From assembly GCA_025999215.1 (NCBI GenBank), contig AP024679.1, forward strand, positions 633,924-697,923: 64,000 bases of DNA, given 5' to 3'. The stretch comes from Candidatus Dojkabacteria bacterium. GTDB taxonomy: Bacteria > Patescibacteriota > Dojkabacteria > J137. The notes beneath the pieces were generated by a model. It made no database searches and was not told where the DNA came from. It saw only the letters and a list, made by a program, of their open reading frames with translations. Shown here piece after piece: positions 29,649 through 38,730 of the stretch (position 1 is its first letter; each line of letters starts with the position of its first letter). Both the position numbers and the translations under genes were made by a program.

Positions 29649-30348
29649 AAATATCTGTAAAAATTTTAGCTTTTTTTATTTTTTTAACTATTTGATACGG
29701 CATCAGATTTATTGGGACATCTTCTTTTAGTTTTAAAAACACTTCTTTTTTATTTTCGCCCATTACAACTGAAATTGCAAAATCTACAAAATGCTCTAAA
29801 AAATAAAGGCTTACCGTCACTCTTTCTAAAAAAACTGTATCTTTTTTATCTAATTTGTATCCCACGACTAATTTTGCTGGATTAATAAATCTTTGATTAA
29901 ACAATTGAATATTTTTATTTGGAAAAATTCCTGCAACATGCCCATCTGCTCCCATCCCAAGACTCGCCACAACTTTTCCTTTTTTATTATCACTAAGCCA
30001 CCCACTTATTGCTGCGAAAAATTTTTGAGTATAATCTTCCAAAGCTTCATTTTCATTAATCTCTTGATTAAGTAATCGCAGATTTTTATTTATTTTTATG
30101 AATTCAGAGTTAATTAGTTTGCGAAAGTTTTGTTCAGAAACATTTGAGGTAAATCTTTCATCAATAATCCCTACTGTTAAACTATCTAACGCAACTAAAT
30201 TTGAATTTAGAACTTCTATACAACTTCCGCCAGAAGATAGAAAAAGAATAGGGTTACTTTCATTAGCTTTAAAATATTCGTTTAGAGCAAACGTTGCATT
30301 TTGAATTACATCATTTTTGGTTTTGTATTTTTTTATTTCTAAGTTCAT
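29638..30348 (-). CDS. pgl: 6-phosphogluconolactonase
   Basis: SLGMGADGHVAGIFP motif. Confidence 0.75.
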   Translation of the reverse strand: MNLEIKKYKTKNDVIQNATFALNEYFKANESNPILFLSSGGSCIEVLNSNLVALDSLTVGIIDERFTSNVSEQNFRKLINSEFIKINKNLRLLNQEINENEALEDYTQKFFAAISGWLSDNKKGKVVASLGMGADGHVAGIFPNKNIQLFNQRFINPAKLVVGYKLDKKDTVFLERVTVSLYFLEHFVDFAISVVMGENKKEVFLKLKEDVPINLMPYQIVKKIKKAKIFTDIYEE

Positions 30349-31253
30349 TTTATAGAATGACCACCAAACATATTTCTTAGCATACTTAGGATTTTTCCTG
30401 TGTAAGATGGTTTGATAGCTGATTCTTTCCTAAAATTTAGCGCCTGTTCAATATTATCAAAATTCACATTCATTTCTTTAGCTACACTTATAGCCCACTC
30501 AGCTTCACCACTATGATTAACTGTACCTGAAACATTATTTAAATCTTGTCCATATTTTTTATAACCATCTCTCAACCATTTTATAAGTGATGATTCTATT
30601 ACGCTTCCGTGAGAATATACTTCTGCAACTCTGTAAAGATCAAGATCAAAATTACTTTCTCTAAGTAAAGTAAAACCTTCAGCAATCGCCTGCATCATTC
30701 CATATTCTATTGCATTATGAACCATTTTTACAAAATGTCCAGCTCCATTTCCTTCAAAAAAAGCATAACCTTTTTCAATTGACAAATCTTGAAACAAATT
30801 TTCTAACTTTTTAAAATTTTCTTCGCTTCCTCCAATCATTAAACAAGCACCATTTCTTGCTCCATGTGGCCCTCCTGATACGCCAACATCAACAAAATTA
30901 ACACCTTTTTTTGTGACATAATCATATCTTTTAATAGTATTTTTGTAAAAAGAATTTCCTGCATCTATCAAAAAATCCCCAGGCTCCAAAAAATTAATGA
31001 TAGAATTTCTTCCTGTAATTATTTCTTCTATCGGTTCACCAGATGGTACCATCACCCAAACTATTCTGGGTTTTGAAAGTTTTACTTGCACTTCCTCAAA
31101 AGAATAAATACCATGTAAGCCGAAACTTTCAAGTTCCTTTGTTTTGGTAGGGGTTCTATTGTAGCCAAATACTTTATAGCCATGATCTAGTAAATTCAGT
31201 GCAATTCCACTCCCCATTTTCCCCAACCCTATAATAAAAATCTCTTTTTTCAT
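30345..31253 (-). CDS. gnd: 6-phosphogluconate dehydrogenase, decarboxylating, short (about 300 aa) form
   Basis: GLGKMGSGIALNL Rossmann motif and GVSGGPHGARNGACLMIGG; operon context between zwf and pgl. Confidence 0.7.
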   Translation of the reverse strand: MKKEIFIIGLGKMGSGIALNLLDHGYKVFGYNRTPTKTKELESFGLHGIYSFEEVQVKLSKPRIVWVMVPSGEPIEEIITGRNSIINFLEPGDFLIDAGNSFYKNTIKRYDYVTKKGVNFVDVGVSGGPHGARNGACLMIGGSEENFKKLENLFQDLSIEKGYAFFEGNGAGHFVKMVHNAIEYGMMQAIAEGFTLLRESNFDLDLYRVAEVYSHGSVIESSLIKWLRDGYKKYGQDLNNVSGTVNHSGEAEWAISVAKEMNVNFDNIEQALNFRKESAIKPSYTGKILSMLRNMFGGHSIK

Positions 31254-31267
31254 TTTCTTAAATTAAT

Positions 31268-32608
31268 TTAATAATATTCTAATGGAACGAGATTGTTTTG
31301 CCAAGCTTTAATAATGTTGTCGGTAAATTTCCACATTTCTAAAATTTCATCATTACCTACAAAAAATATTCTTTCTCCAATCATCATTTTGTATATCAAA
31401 AAATAATATTCAGAATATAAGTTGTCGTTAAATTCCTCAATTTCAAATTCGTAAGGAGTTAGTTGGTAGTTAAATATACTTTCTGTTTTATAAAATTTTG
31501 TAATAATTTTAGGTTTTGGTTGAATTTGAAAAATTATTTCATTTGGTGATTTTTTTTGTTTATCAAACAAATTGTTATTTTTGAAAATAACTCTAATTTC
31601 TTTTCTATCTTCTTTCCAATATTTACCACCTTCTAAAACAAAATCTACACCTTTCCATCTTGGCAAATTTATACTAGCTAATATCTTAAAATAGGTTTCA
31701 GTTTTTGAATTTGGAACAAGTTTTGAATATATTTTACTCTGCTTCCTTATTGTATTTTTTACAATATCTTTTTTATTCATTTTGTTTAGGTTTTTTAAAA
31801 CTTTGTGCTTTTCTCTACTGATTTCTTCATGATTAAAGTTTTGCGGTTCATCCATTGCTACGAAAGAAAGCATTTGTAGCAAATGGTTTTGACCAACATC
31901 CCTAAGTGCTCCAACTGTGTCATAAAAACTAACTCTATTTTCAACTCCTTCTGTTTCTAAAATTTTTAATTCTACTCTTTCTATAAAATTTTTATTCCAT
32001 ACTCCATCAAAAATACTATTACTAAACCTAAAAGTAAAAAGACTATGTAAAATTCTTTTACCTAAATAATGATCTACCCTATAAATTTGGTCATCAACAA
32101 ATAATTTTCTAAGCAACTTTTCAATTTTTTCATCCGACTCTAAACTTTCACCAAAAGGCTTTTCAATAGCAATTCTGTACCAATTTGAAGGTGCATTGCA
32201 AATTTTTGTCAACTGTACTTTATCGATATTTCTTAGAACATCTTCGTAAAACTTGGGTGTTAAAGATAGATAGTAAAGAAAACTTGGGCAAGTCTTCATT
32301 ATTTCAACCTCATTTTGAATTTTTTCTTTCAATTTTACATAATCATTAAAATTCGTAACATCACCTTTACAAAACTTAACTTTTTTTAAAAATTCAATTT
32401 TCTTTTGTTCATCGCCATATAAATAACTACTCAAATAATTTCTAAATTCTTTATCGGTTTCAAATCTTCGAGCAAAACCAATTATTTTAAAATTATCTCC
32501 AATAATTCCATCACAAAAAAGATTGAAAATTCCAGGGAAAATTTTGCTGGTAGCTAAATCTCCAGTTGCGCCAAAAATTGTAAAAACCAAAGGTAAATCC
32601 ATTTTCAT
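31268..32608 (-). CDS. zwf: Glucose-6-phosphate 1-dehydrogenase
   Basis: IFGATGDLA N-terminal motif; 446 aa. Confidence 0.85.
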   Translation of the reverse strand: MKMDLPLVFTIFGATGDLATSKIFPGIFNLFCDGIIGDNFKIIGFARRFETDKEFRNYLSSYLYGDEQKKIEFLKKVKFCKGDVTNFNDYVKLKEKIQNEVEIMKTCPSFLYYLSLTPKFYEDVLRNIDKVQLTKICNAPSNWYRIAIEKPFGESLESDEKIEKLLRKLFVDDQIYRVDHYLGKRILHSLFTFRFSNSIFDGVWNKNFIERVELKILETEGVENRVSFYDTVGALRDVGQNHLLQMLSFVAMDEPQNFNHEEISREKHKVLKNLNKMNKKDIVKNTIRKQSKIYSKLVPNSKTETYFKILASINLPRWKGVDFVLEGGKYWKEDRKEIRVIFKNNNLFDKQKKSPNEIIFQIQPKPKIITKFYKTESIFNYQLTPYEFEIEEFNDNLYSEYYFLIYKMMIGERIFFVGNDEILEMWKFTDNIIKAWQNNLVPLEYY

Positions 32609-32688
32609 AAATACATGTTAATCTAAAATTAATTTTAAGTCTATAAACAATTGAAACTAATTAAAAAACATTTTAGAATTGAATTGTT

Positions 32689-34404
32689 ATGAACGAATTT
32701 TTTGATTTTACAGTTTTAATTGCCTTAGCTTCAATATTAGCTTTAATCGCTAATAGATTTAGGCAACCTTTAATACTAGGTTATATTGGTGCCGGAGTAT
32801 TAATTAAGGTTTTTGGAATCATCGATCCAAACGATATAACAGAATTTAAAATTTTTTCAGAAATAGGAATAGTTTTTCTGCTTTTCATTTTGGGTCTTGA
32901 TTTAGACATTGCAAACTTGGGTAATCTTGGAATCACTGCGTTTGTTACCGGAATTGGGCAGATTGTTTTTACAGTATTGGTTGGCTTTTTCATAGCACTT
33001 CTACTTGGATACCAAGCTACCAGTAGCCTGGTTATCGCTGTAGCCCTTACATTTAGCAGTACAATTGTTATTGTAAAACTACTTTCAAGCAGAAATGATT
33101 TAGATAGTCTTTATGGAAAAATCTCAATTAGTTTCTTACTTGTCCAAGATTTAGCAGCTATTATAATTTTAATTTTACTTTCAGCAGCTTTTCAGGATGG
33201 AAATTCTGATCAGATTTATCTAAAACTTGCTGAATTGGGTATTGTGTTGCTTATTTTAGGAATTGTCTTGTATGTTATCAATAAATATATAGCGCCAGCT
33301 TTAATTCATTTTACATTGTACGATAGAGAAGTTTTGTTTATTTCTATGGTGAGTTTGGCCCTTATTTTTGCTTTAGGAATGAGTCAATTAGGTTTATCAA
33401 AAGAAATAGGAGCCCTTGCTGCAGGAATCGCTTTATCGACTAGAAAAGAGGCTCTGCAGATTGAGAGCTGGACTAAACCTTTGAGAGATTTTTTCATTCC
33501 AATATTTTTTGTTTTGCTAGGCTTTAGTATTGATGTCTCTGATGTTTCAAGTGTAATTATTGAATCAATTGTCTTTTCCCTATTTATTCTAATCGGAAAT
33601 CCTTTTATAGTCATGGTGATTATGAGACTTCTAAAATTTGATACAATAGTTGGTTTTCAATGTGGATTGACTGTTGCTCAAATCTCTGAGTTTAGTCTAA
33701 TTGTTGCAGAATTTGTGCGTAATAATGATAGCTCAATTATTTCATCAAGTGATTTAACAATGTTGACAATTGTTGGTGGAATCACTATGAGTGTGTCTAG
33801 CTATATGATTTTGTACAGTGAAGAAGTTTACTCTTTTATTCGACCTTTGTTAAAGAAAACCTTTCTTTACATAGAAGAAGACTACGATGTTGATTCATAT
33901 TCAAAGCAGAGACTTTCAAATAAAATAATTGTATTTGGGTTTAATAGAATGGCAAGAAGTTTAATACCTTTAATCAAAAGACAAAAACATAAGTTTGTAA
34001 TTGTTGATAATGACCCAGAAAAATTAGAATTTGCAGAAAAATTTGGCGCTAAAACTATTTATGGAGATCTTAAAGATGAATCACTACTAAACGGCTTAAA
34101 ACTTGAAAAAGCAGAAATGATAATATCAACAGTTCCAGACATAAATGCCAACCTAAACTTACTTTATGAATTACAGAATCTTACTCGCAAACCTGTGGTG
34201 ATTGTTACAGCTCTCAACGATGAAGACGCAAGTAAACTCTATGAAGAAGGTGCAAGCTATGTAGTTTATCCATATATTTTGGCTTCAAACTTTTTACATA
34301 GAGTAATTACCAACAAAGACACAATTAGAAGTTTGAAACGAGCCGCACAAAAAGATCAAGAATACATATCACAAAGAAACAATTTACATTTGGTAAAAAA
34401 ATAA
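32689..34404 (+). CDS. CPA2-family cation:proton antiporter (Kef-type) with C-terminal TrkA-N/RCK domain
   Basis: About 12 TM helices, then KIIVFGFNRMARSL...VIVDND Rossmann-like RCK. Confidence 0.75.
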   Translation: MNEFFDFTVLIALASILALIANRFRQPLILGYIGAGVLIKVFGIIDPNDITEFKIFSEIGIVFLLFILGLDLDIANLGNLGITAFVTGIGQIVFTVLVGFFIALLLGYQATSSLVIAVALTFSSTIVIVKLLSSRNDLDSLYGKISISFLLVQDLAAIIILILLSAAFQDGNSDQIYLKLAELGIVLLILGIVLYVINKYIAPALIHFTLYDREVLFISMVSLALIFALGMSQLGLSKEIGALAAGIALSTRKEALQIESWTKPLRDFFIPIFFVLLGFSIDVSDVSSVIIESIVFSLFILIGNPFIVMVIMRLLKFDTIVGFQCGLTVAQISEFSLIVAEFVRNNDSSIISSSDLTMLTIVGGITMSVSSYMILYSEEVYSFIRPLLKKTFLYIEEDYDVDSYSKQRLSNKIIVFGFNRMARSLIPLIKRQKHKFVIVDNDPEKLEFAEKFGAKTIYGDLKDESLLNGLKLEKAEMIISTVPDINANLNLLYELQNLTRKPVVIVTALNDEDASKLYEEGASYVVYPYILASNFLHRVITNKDTIRSLKRAAQKDQEYISQRNNLHLVKK

Positions 34405-34418
34405 TAGAGTGTTATAAT
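34392..34418 (+). promoter_or_regulatory. Promoter for tRNA-Glu, TTGGTA-15-TGtTATAAT
   Basis: Extended -10 TGTTATAAT at 34410-34418, about 15 nt upstream of the tRNA 5' end. Confidence 0.5.
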
Positions 34419-34433
34419 TTCTTACCTAAAGCT

Positions 34434-34506
34434 GGCCCCTTCGTCTAGCGGTCTAGGACATCGCTTTCTCAAGGCGGAAACACGGGTTCGAGTCCCGTAG
34501 GGGTCA
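34434..34506 (+). tRNA. tRNA-Glu (anticodon CTC), no encoded CCA
   Basis: Aligns with E. coli tRNA-Glu (GxCCCCTTCGTCTAG...GGTTCGAxTCCC...GGGGxC); anticodon loop TTCTCAA. Confidence 0.85.
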
Positions 34507-34507
34507 T

Positions 34508-34540
34508 AAAAAAGAAAAAAGCCTGGGTTGGATACCGGGC
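34508..34540 (-). terminator. Intrinsic terminator for ORF 34552-35088
   Basis: Minus-strand hairpin GCCCGG-TATCCAAC-CCAGGC followed by TTTTTTCTTTTTT. Confidence 0.6.
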
Positions 34541-34551
34541 TATGTCATGGC

Positions 34552-35088
34552 CTAGCCTTTGAGTTTGCGTTTAAACTCAACAATTGCAAGCATCGATAAT
34601 TGTTTTGCTACAGCGCGTAGATCTATTCTTTTTCCTGTTCCCTTCAGACACAACTCAAGACGAGTATTCGGAAACAGGTTGTTTGTCAGCGACAAGGTTG
34701 AGTAGAGCTGTACTACAGTGCTTAGGAGTACGATAAATCGAACCAAAACCTCCTTGAGCTCGTTAATTTTATCTGTAGAAAGCTCTGAAAGTTTAGCCGT
34801 AAAATCTTGCTCAATTTCTTTTATACTCTCATTGAGCTGTTCATAATTTAAATTTAACTCCACCCACCATTCAGGTGGTACCAGACTTATGCAATCTCGC
34901 AAACATCTCACAAACCACCCTAGTAGCGAAATAATTGACAACGAACTTCCTATGGCACTAGCGAGAGCTTCAACACTTAAATCTTCTTCATTATAATGAA
35001 AAAAGCTCATCATTTCCTCCTTTCGAGGATAAACATAGACACGATACATGATTTTATTATTTAAATTGTTCGTTGTCAACATTTTCAC
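34552..35088 (-). CDS. Hypothetical protein (178 aa), atypical codon usage
   Basis: Intact ORF with own terminator. Locally higher GC. No recognisable motif. Confidence 0.45.
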   Translation of the reverse strand: MKMLTTNNLNNKIMYRVYVYPRKEEMMSFFHYNEEDLSVEALASAIGSSLSIISLLGWFVRCLRDCISLVPPEWWVELNLNYEQLNESIKEIEQDFTAKLSELSTDKINELKEVLVRFIVLLSTVVQLYSTLSLTNNLFPNTRLELCLKGTGKRIDLRAVAKQLSMLAIVEFKRKLKG

Positions 35089-35422
35089 AAAAATTTTTTA
35101 AATATATCTAAAATTCAAATTAGAATAATTTTTAAATTAATATTCAACTATCAGCTTTAGTTTAAAGATTGGCAGCCTGGTGATGCATGTGATCATGACT
35201 TAATGGTATGGAAGAAATTTAAAGGTCATCAAAATGATAAAAAACAATTCTTAGCCTGAAGGTGAGTAATTTGTGATCAGCAACAACACAAAGTGACATC
35301 GAGCTCTTATTTTTAATTTTTTCCAATCTTATTATCAAATTTATAATCCGAATATTTATAATACTTTATCCTGTACATTTGCTAATTCGTAACATCTATG
35401 TTAATAGTTTTTGTTAAAACAG

Positions 35423-35452
35423 TTGACATAATGTTCAAACATTTGTTAAAAT
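35423..35452 (+). promoter_or_regulatory. Strong sigma70 promoter, TTGACA-17-TTAAAAT
   Basis: -35 at 35423-35428 and -10 at 35446-35452, about 25 nt upstream of the 35477 ATG. Confidence 0.55.
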
Positions 35453-35476
35453 AAGTAAATATTTAAGTAGTGTAGT

Positions 35477-36040
35477 ATGTATAATTTTGAAAAACATATA
35501 AGCAATAGAAAAACAATGACAGAATATTGGCTAGGAAATTTTAATACTGTTGAGGTATATATGAATCAGCAGGGTCAGTTTGCCAATGAAGGAGAAATAT
35601 TAGTGACTAACGGGTTAAATGGATGTGTAGCTCTCATTGTCAGAGCAGAAATGCCTGATGGAAAAGTAAAAGGTTTTCTTGCGCATAAACACTTGGATAA
35701 AAAAAGAATTCATGAATTTCTTAACGATCTAAAGAATGGTAATCTGTTATTAGATGCAAAGCTGTATGGGACAATTCTATATCCTGGAAATGAGCACGGC
35801 TTAATGCTTAGTCTTGAAGCCGAAACAATACAGGAAGAAATACAACAAAAACTAATTAATAATTTTGCTCCTGAAGCATGGTACCAATTGAGGTCTGTTA
35901 GGTATGCGATTTATCGTGGATTTCCAGGATCAGTTAATTCTAATCGGTTAGCCTATAATATTTCAGCAAATATGTGGGTATATCGTGAAGGTGCAGATCT
36001 CGAACATCCTTTAAGTGGCTTATTAAAACATGATAAATAA
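35477..36040 (+). CDS. Hypothetical protein (187 aa) with a conserved-looking Cys motif (TNGLNGCVALIV)
   Basis: Intact ORF behind a strong promoter. The motif suggests a Cys-dependent enzyme fold, but the family is unknown. Confidence 0.45.
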   Translation: MYNFEKHISNRKTMTEYWLGNFNTVEVYMNQQGQFANEGEILVTNGLNGCVALIVRAEMPDGKVKGFLAHKHLDKKRIHEFLNDLKNGNLLLDAKLYGTILYPGNEHGLMLSLEAETIQEEIQQKLINNFAPEAWYQLRSVRYAIYRGFPGSVNSNRLAYNISANMWVYREGADLEHPLSGLLKHDK

Positions 36041-36514
36041 ACAATTTTGACAGCAACCTAGATTTCTCCCACAAAATCGTTGAATGTTGGAATTCAACCT
36101 TACATGAGCTAACATTAGATTGTTACTCTTCAGCCATATCCACCATACTTTTTTAAAATTTTTTTGATAAACGCTCTCAATATTAATTTTTTGGTTTTAT
36201 TTTTCAAAACACTTCATAGTAAGCAAATAAAATTGCTAAAAAAGATGATCATATCATGCTTAATTACTTAAATATTTTTCACGACAATTATATAATGCAA
36301 AAAAAAGGAATAATTAAGGTAAATACTATCTAGCAAAACTTTCGTTCGTTAAGGAACTATATTTTGATATGGATTTATGCTAGTTCTTACATCTTAACCC
36401 CTAAAGTCTATTTCATCATACTATACCTAATCACTTATCAATTTTTTTGCAAAAATCATTGACTATGCTGTTACATCTGTGGTAAAGTTCAAGAAATAAA
36501 GTAAATGTTATATT

Positions 36515-37051
36515 ATGTTTATGTCTAACTTTGAAAATCTAGACTCTCAACGTACTCCTCCTGAAGATGGAATATATAGTGCTCGAGATTTGTGGATAAA
36601 ATTAAATGATGGTAATATTGCACAAGTTTTAAGTAAAAACTTATCTTTTGATTTAGAGCATGAGAACTGGAAAGTAAAATTTGAATATACCCCCCCAAAT
36701 GAAGACATTCAGGAAGACATTCAGTTTGCTCAGTTAAGTATAACAGATGAGCAAAAAAATACTGAGATTGAAATTCCAAAAGATATCATAGATAAAATAA
36801 TGAATCATTTAAATGAAAACAAAACTCAAGATCCCGGGCAGCTAGCTATTAATTTAAATACCTTGTTAAAAAAATATTTTGAAGATAAATCAAATCTTTT
36901 TTTCGTTACAATGTTCTTTTTGTATGTGATAGTTTTTGAAATGCAAGGAATGAAAGATATTCAAGATGAAAATGAAAAAAAACGAAGGGCTAAGTCTTTT
37001 GAAGTAGCAATGACTATGCTTAATTCTCCTGATATTCGTAATGAACAGTAA
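36515..37051 (+). CDS. Hypothetical protein (178 aa): acidic N-terminus, one hydrophobic segment, basic C-terminus
   Basis: ORF only. Candidate promoter TTGACT-17-TGgTAAAGT at about 36452-36485. Confidence 0.4.
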   Translation: MFMSNFENLDSQRTPPEDGIYSARDLWIKLNDGNIAQVLSKNLSFDLEHENWKVKFEYTPPNEDIQEDIQFAQLSITDEQKNTEIEIPKDIIDKIMNHLNENKTQDPGQLAINLNTLLKKYFEDKSNLFFVTMFFLYVIVFEMQGMKDIQDENEKKRRAKSFEVAMTMLNSPDIRNEQ

Positions 37052-37890
37052 ATTATTTTGTAATTTTAAAATAAATTGCTGATAGGTTATCGAATTTTCG
37101 GAACACTTTTTTTGATTCTTGAGATTTGAACTCATTTTGATGTGTATTTAAATCAGACTTAAAATTAGTGAAAAATTATTGTAACTTGTTAAGTTATTTT
37201 ATAGATAGTTCAAGCTTTAGGAAGATTTATGTAAAAATTTAACTATTTATGAAAGTCCCGAAGAGAGAATGGTAATACAACTGCCCGCCCTCGGATATTC
37301 TTACACAGAAGTTTTCATATTTGAGGGCTTTGAAAGACTGTACTAATGAAGGTAAAGTTCAATTGAGTGAATTGGTTGACACGTTATTTCATAATTTTAT
37401 TCCATTGTTTTGTTTTTTTATAATGATCATCATCATTATGAGAGTGATTCTTATAGAAATTCTTTTTTTGAATTTTAATAAATTTTATTACGCATTAATT
37501 TAAAGAGAAGATCCATCAATTGAAGAAAAAGATCGAGTAATTGAAGTGAATTTAACTTATTTTTTAGATATTTTAAGTAGAATTATTGGTGATGAATATA
37601 TTTCTACCCAAGCTAAATACTATTTTCTGATAAAAGGTTTACCTAGATATATTGATAAAATAAAAAGATCCTTACCGCCAAAGGATGAAAATACAAATTT
37701 AGCCTTAATTAAATACATTTAAACCCTCTAGCAATTTAAAAGTACACTCACAGACCTTAAATTTTAAATCATATTATACTTTTTGCATTTTTTAAAAGAT
37801 ATTCTTTATAAACAATCTTAAAAAAATATAAAATAAATCCTATAGTAATAAGAGTGAAAATTGTATTTATAATTAACTCAAAGCAATAGC

Positions 37891-37936
37891 TTAATTTCTT
37901 TAATTCTTTAATTCTTTAATTCTTTTATTCTTTCAT
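37891..37936. repeat. Short tandem repeat (AATTCTTT)n, about 5 units, 3 of them perfect
   Basis: ttaatttctt-taattctttaattctttaattcttttattctttcattcc, at the 3' end of ORF 37925-38695. Confidence 0.6.
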
Positions 37937-38695
37937 TCCATAAACTGCACCTATAGCATATGGATGAGCAAAGCTATTGAATAACATAAAAGCTAAAATC
38001 GTAAATGGCCATAGACAAACCCCTATTATCACAAAGGTTAGTAAAACATTAACAAAAAATACCACCCAAAAAAACATTGTGATCAAAAAATAGAAAAGAA
38101 CTCCTAAGTTGTAATTGCGATTTTTAAATGAGCTTTTGAAATACTGTTTGTAATTAAAAGCTTCTTTGAATGTATTTGTTTTTATCATCTGTAACAAAGC
38201 AGGTTGCATTACATAAAAAGAATACAAGAATGCAAAAATTGTTTGAAAAATTGAAAAGCAAACGAAAAGCATAACCAGTATAAATTCTACATTTGAATCT
38301 TCAGCTCCTTCAGCCAAAACACTTAAAATTTGTGAGAAAAAAGATACAAACACCAAAGGAATTGAATATATTATGCTTACTAAAAGATACTTTCCTGACT
38401 TTTTAAATAGTTCAACTTTATCTTTCTTCCAAATTATATCAGTATCTCTCTGATGAATACCTGCTTGTGTGTACTCGTAAGTATAACTTATATTCCAAAC
38501 CAACCCCAGAACAAACAATACTAATCCAATGGAGCACGCAAGCATAACGCCAAGTATAGGATGTATCAAAAAACCAGGAAATATAAATACCAAACCTACT
38601 AAAATCAAAACAAAATTTACCAAAAAATAAACGCCTATTTTCTTTAAAGCATCTTTTTCTTGAATTGGTTTCTTAAGGTTTTCAAAATAATACAT
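37925..38695 (-). CDS. Polytopic membrane protein, hypothetical
   Basis: 256 aa with about 6 TM helices. Confidence 0.45.
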   Translation of the reverse strand: MYYFENLKKPIQEKDALKKIGVYFLVNFVLILVGLVFIFPGFLIHPILGVMLACSIGLVLFVLGLVWNISYTYEYTQAGIHQRDTDIIWKKDKVELFKKSGKYLLVSIIYSIPLVFVSFFSQILSVLAEGAEDSNVEFILVMLFVCFSIFQTIFAFLYSFYVMQPALLQMIKTNTFKEAFNYKQYFKSSFKNRNYNLGVLFYFLITMFFWVVFFVNVLLTFVIIGVCLWPFTILAFMLFNSFAHPYAIGAVYGMKE

Positions 38696-38730
38696 AAGAG
38701 TAAATATAAAAATTTAATTTTTAAATTATA

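Noticed and set aside
37250-37503. 60-aa ORF 37321-37503 and upstream open frame as a gene remnant
   Set aside because: Frames are open but interrupted by stops and match nothing recognisable; too weak to call.
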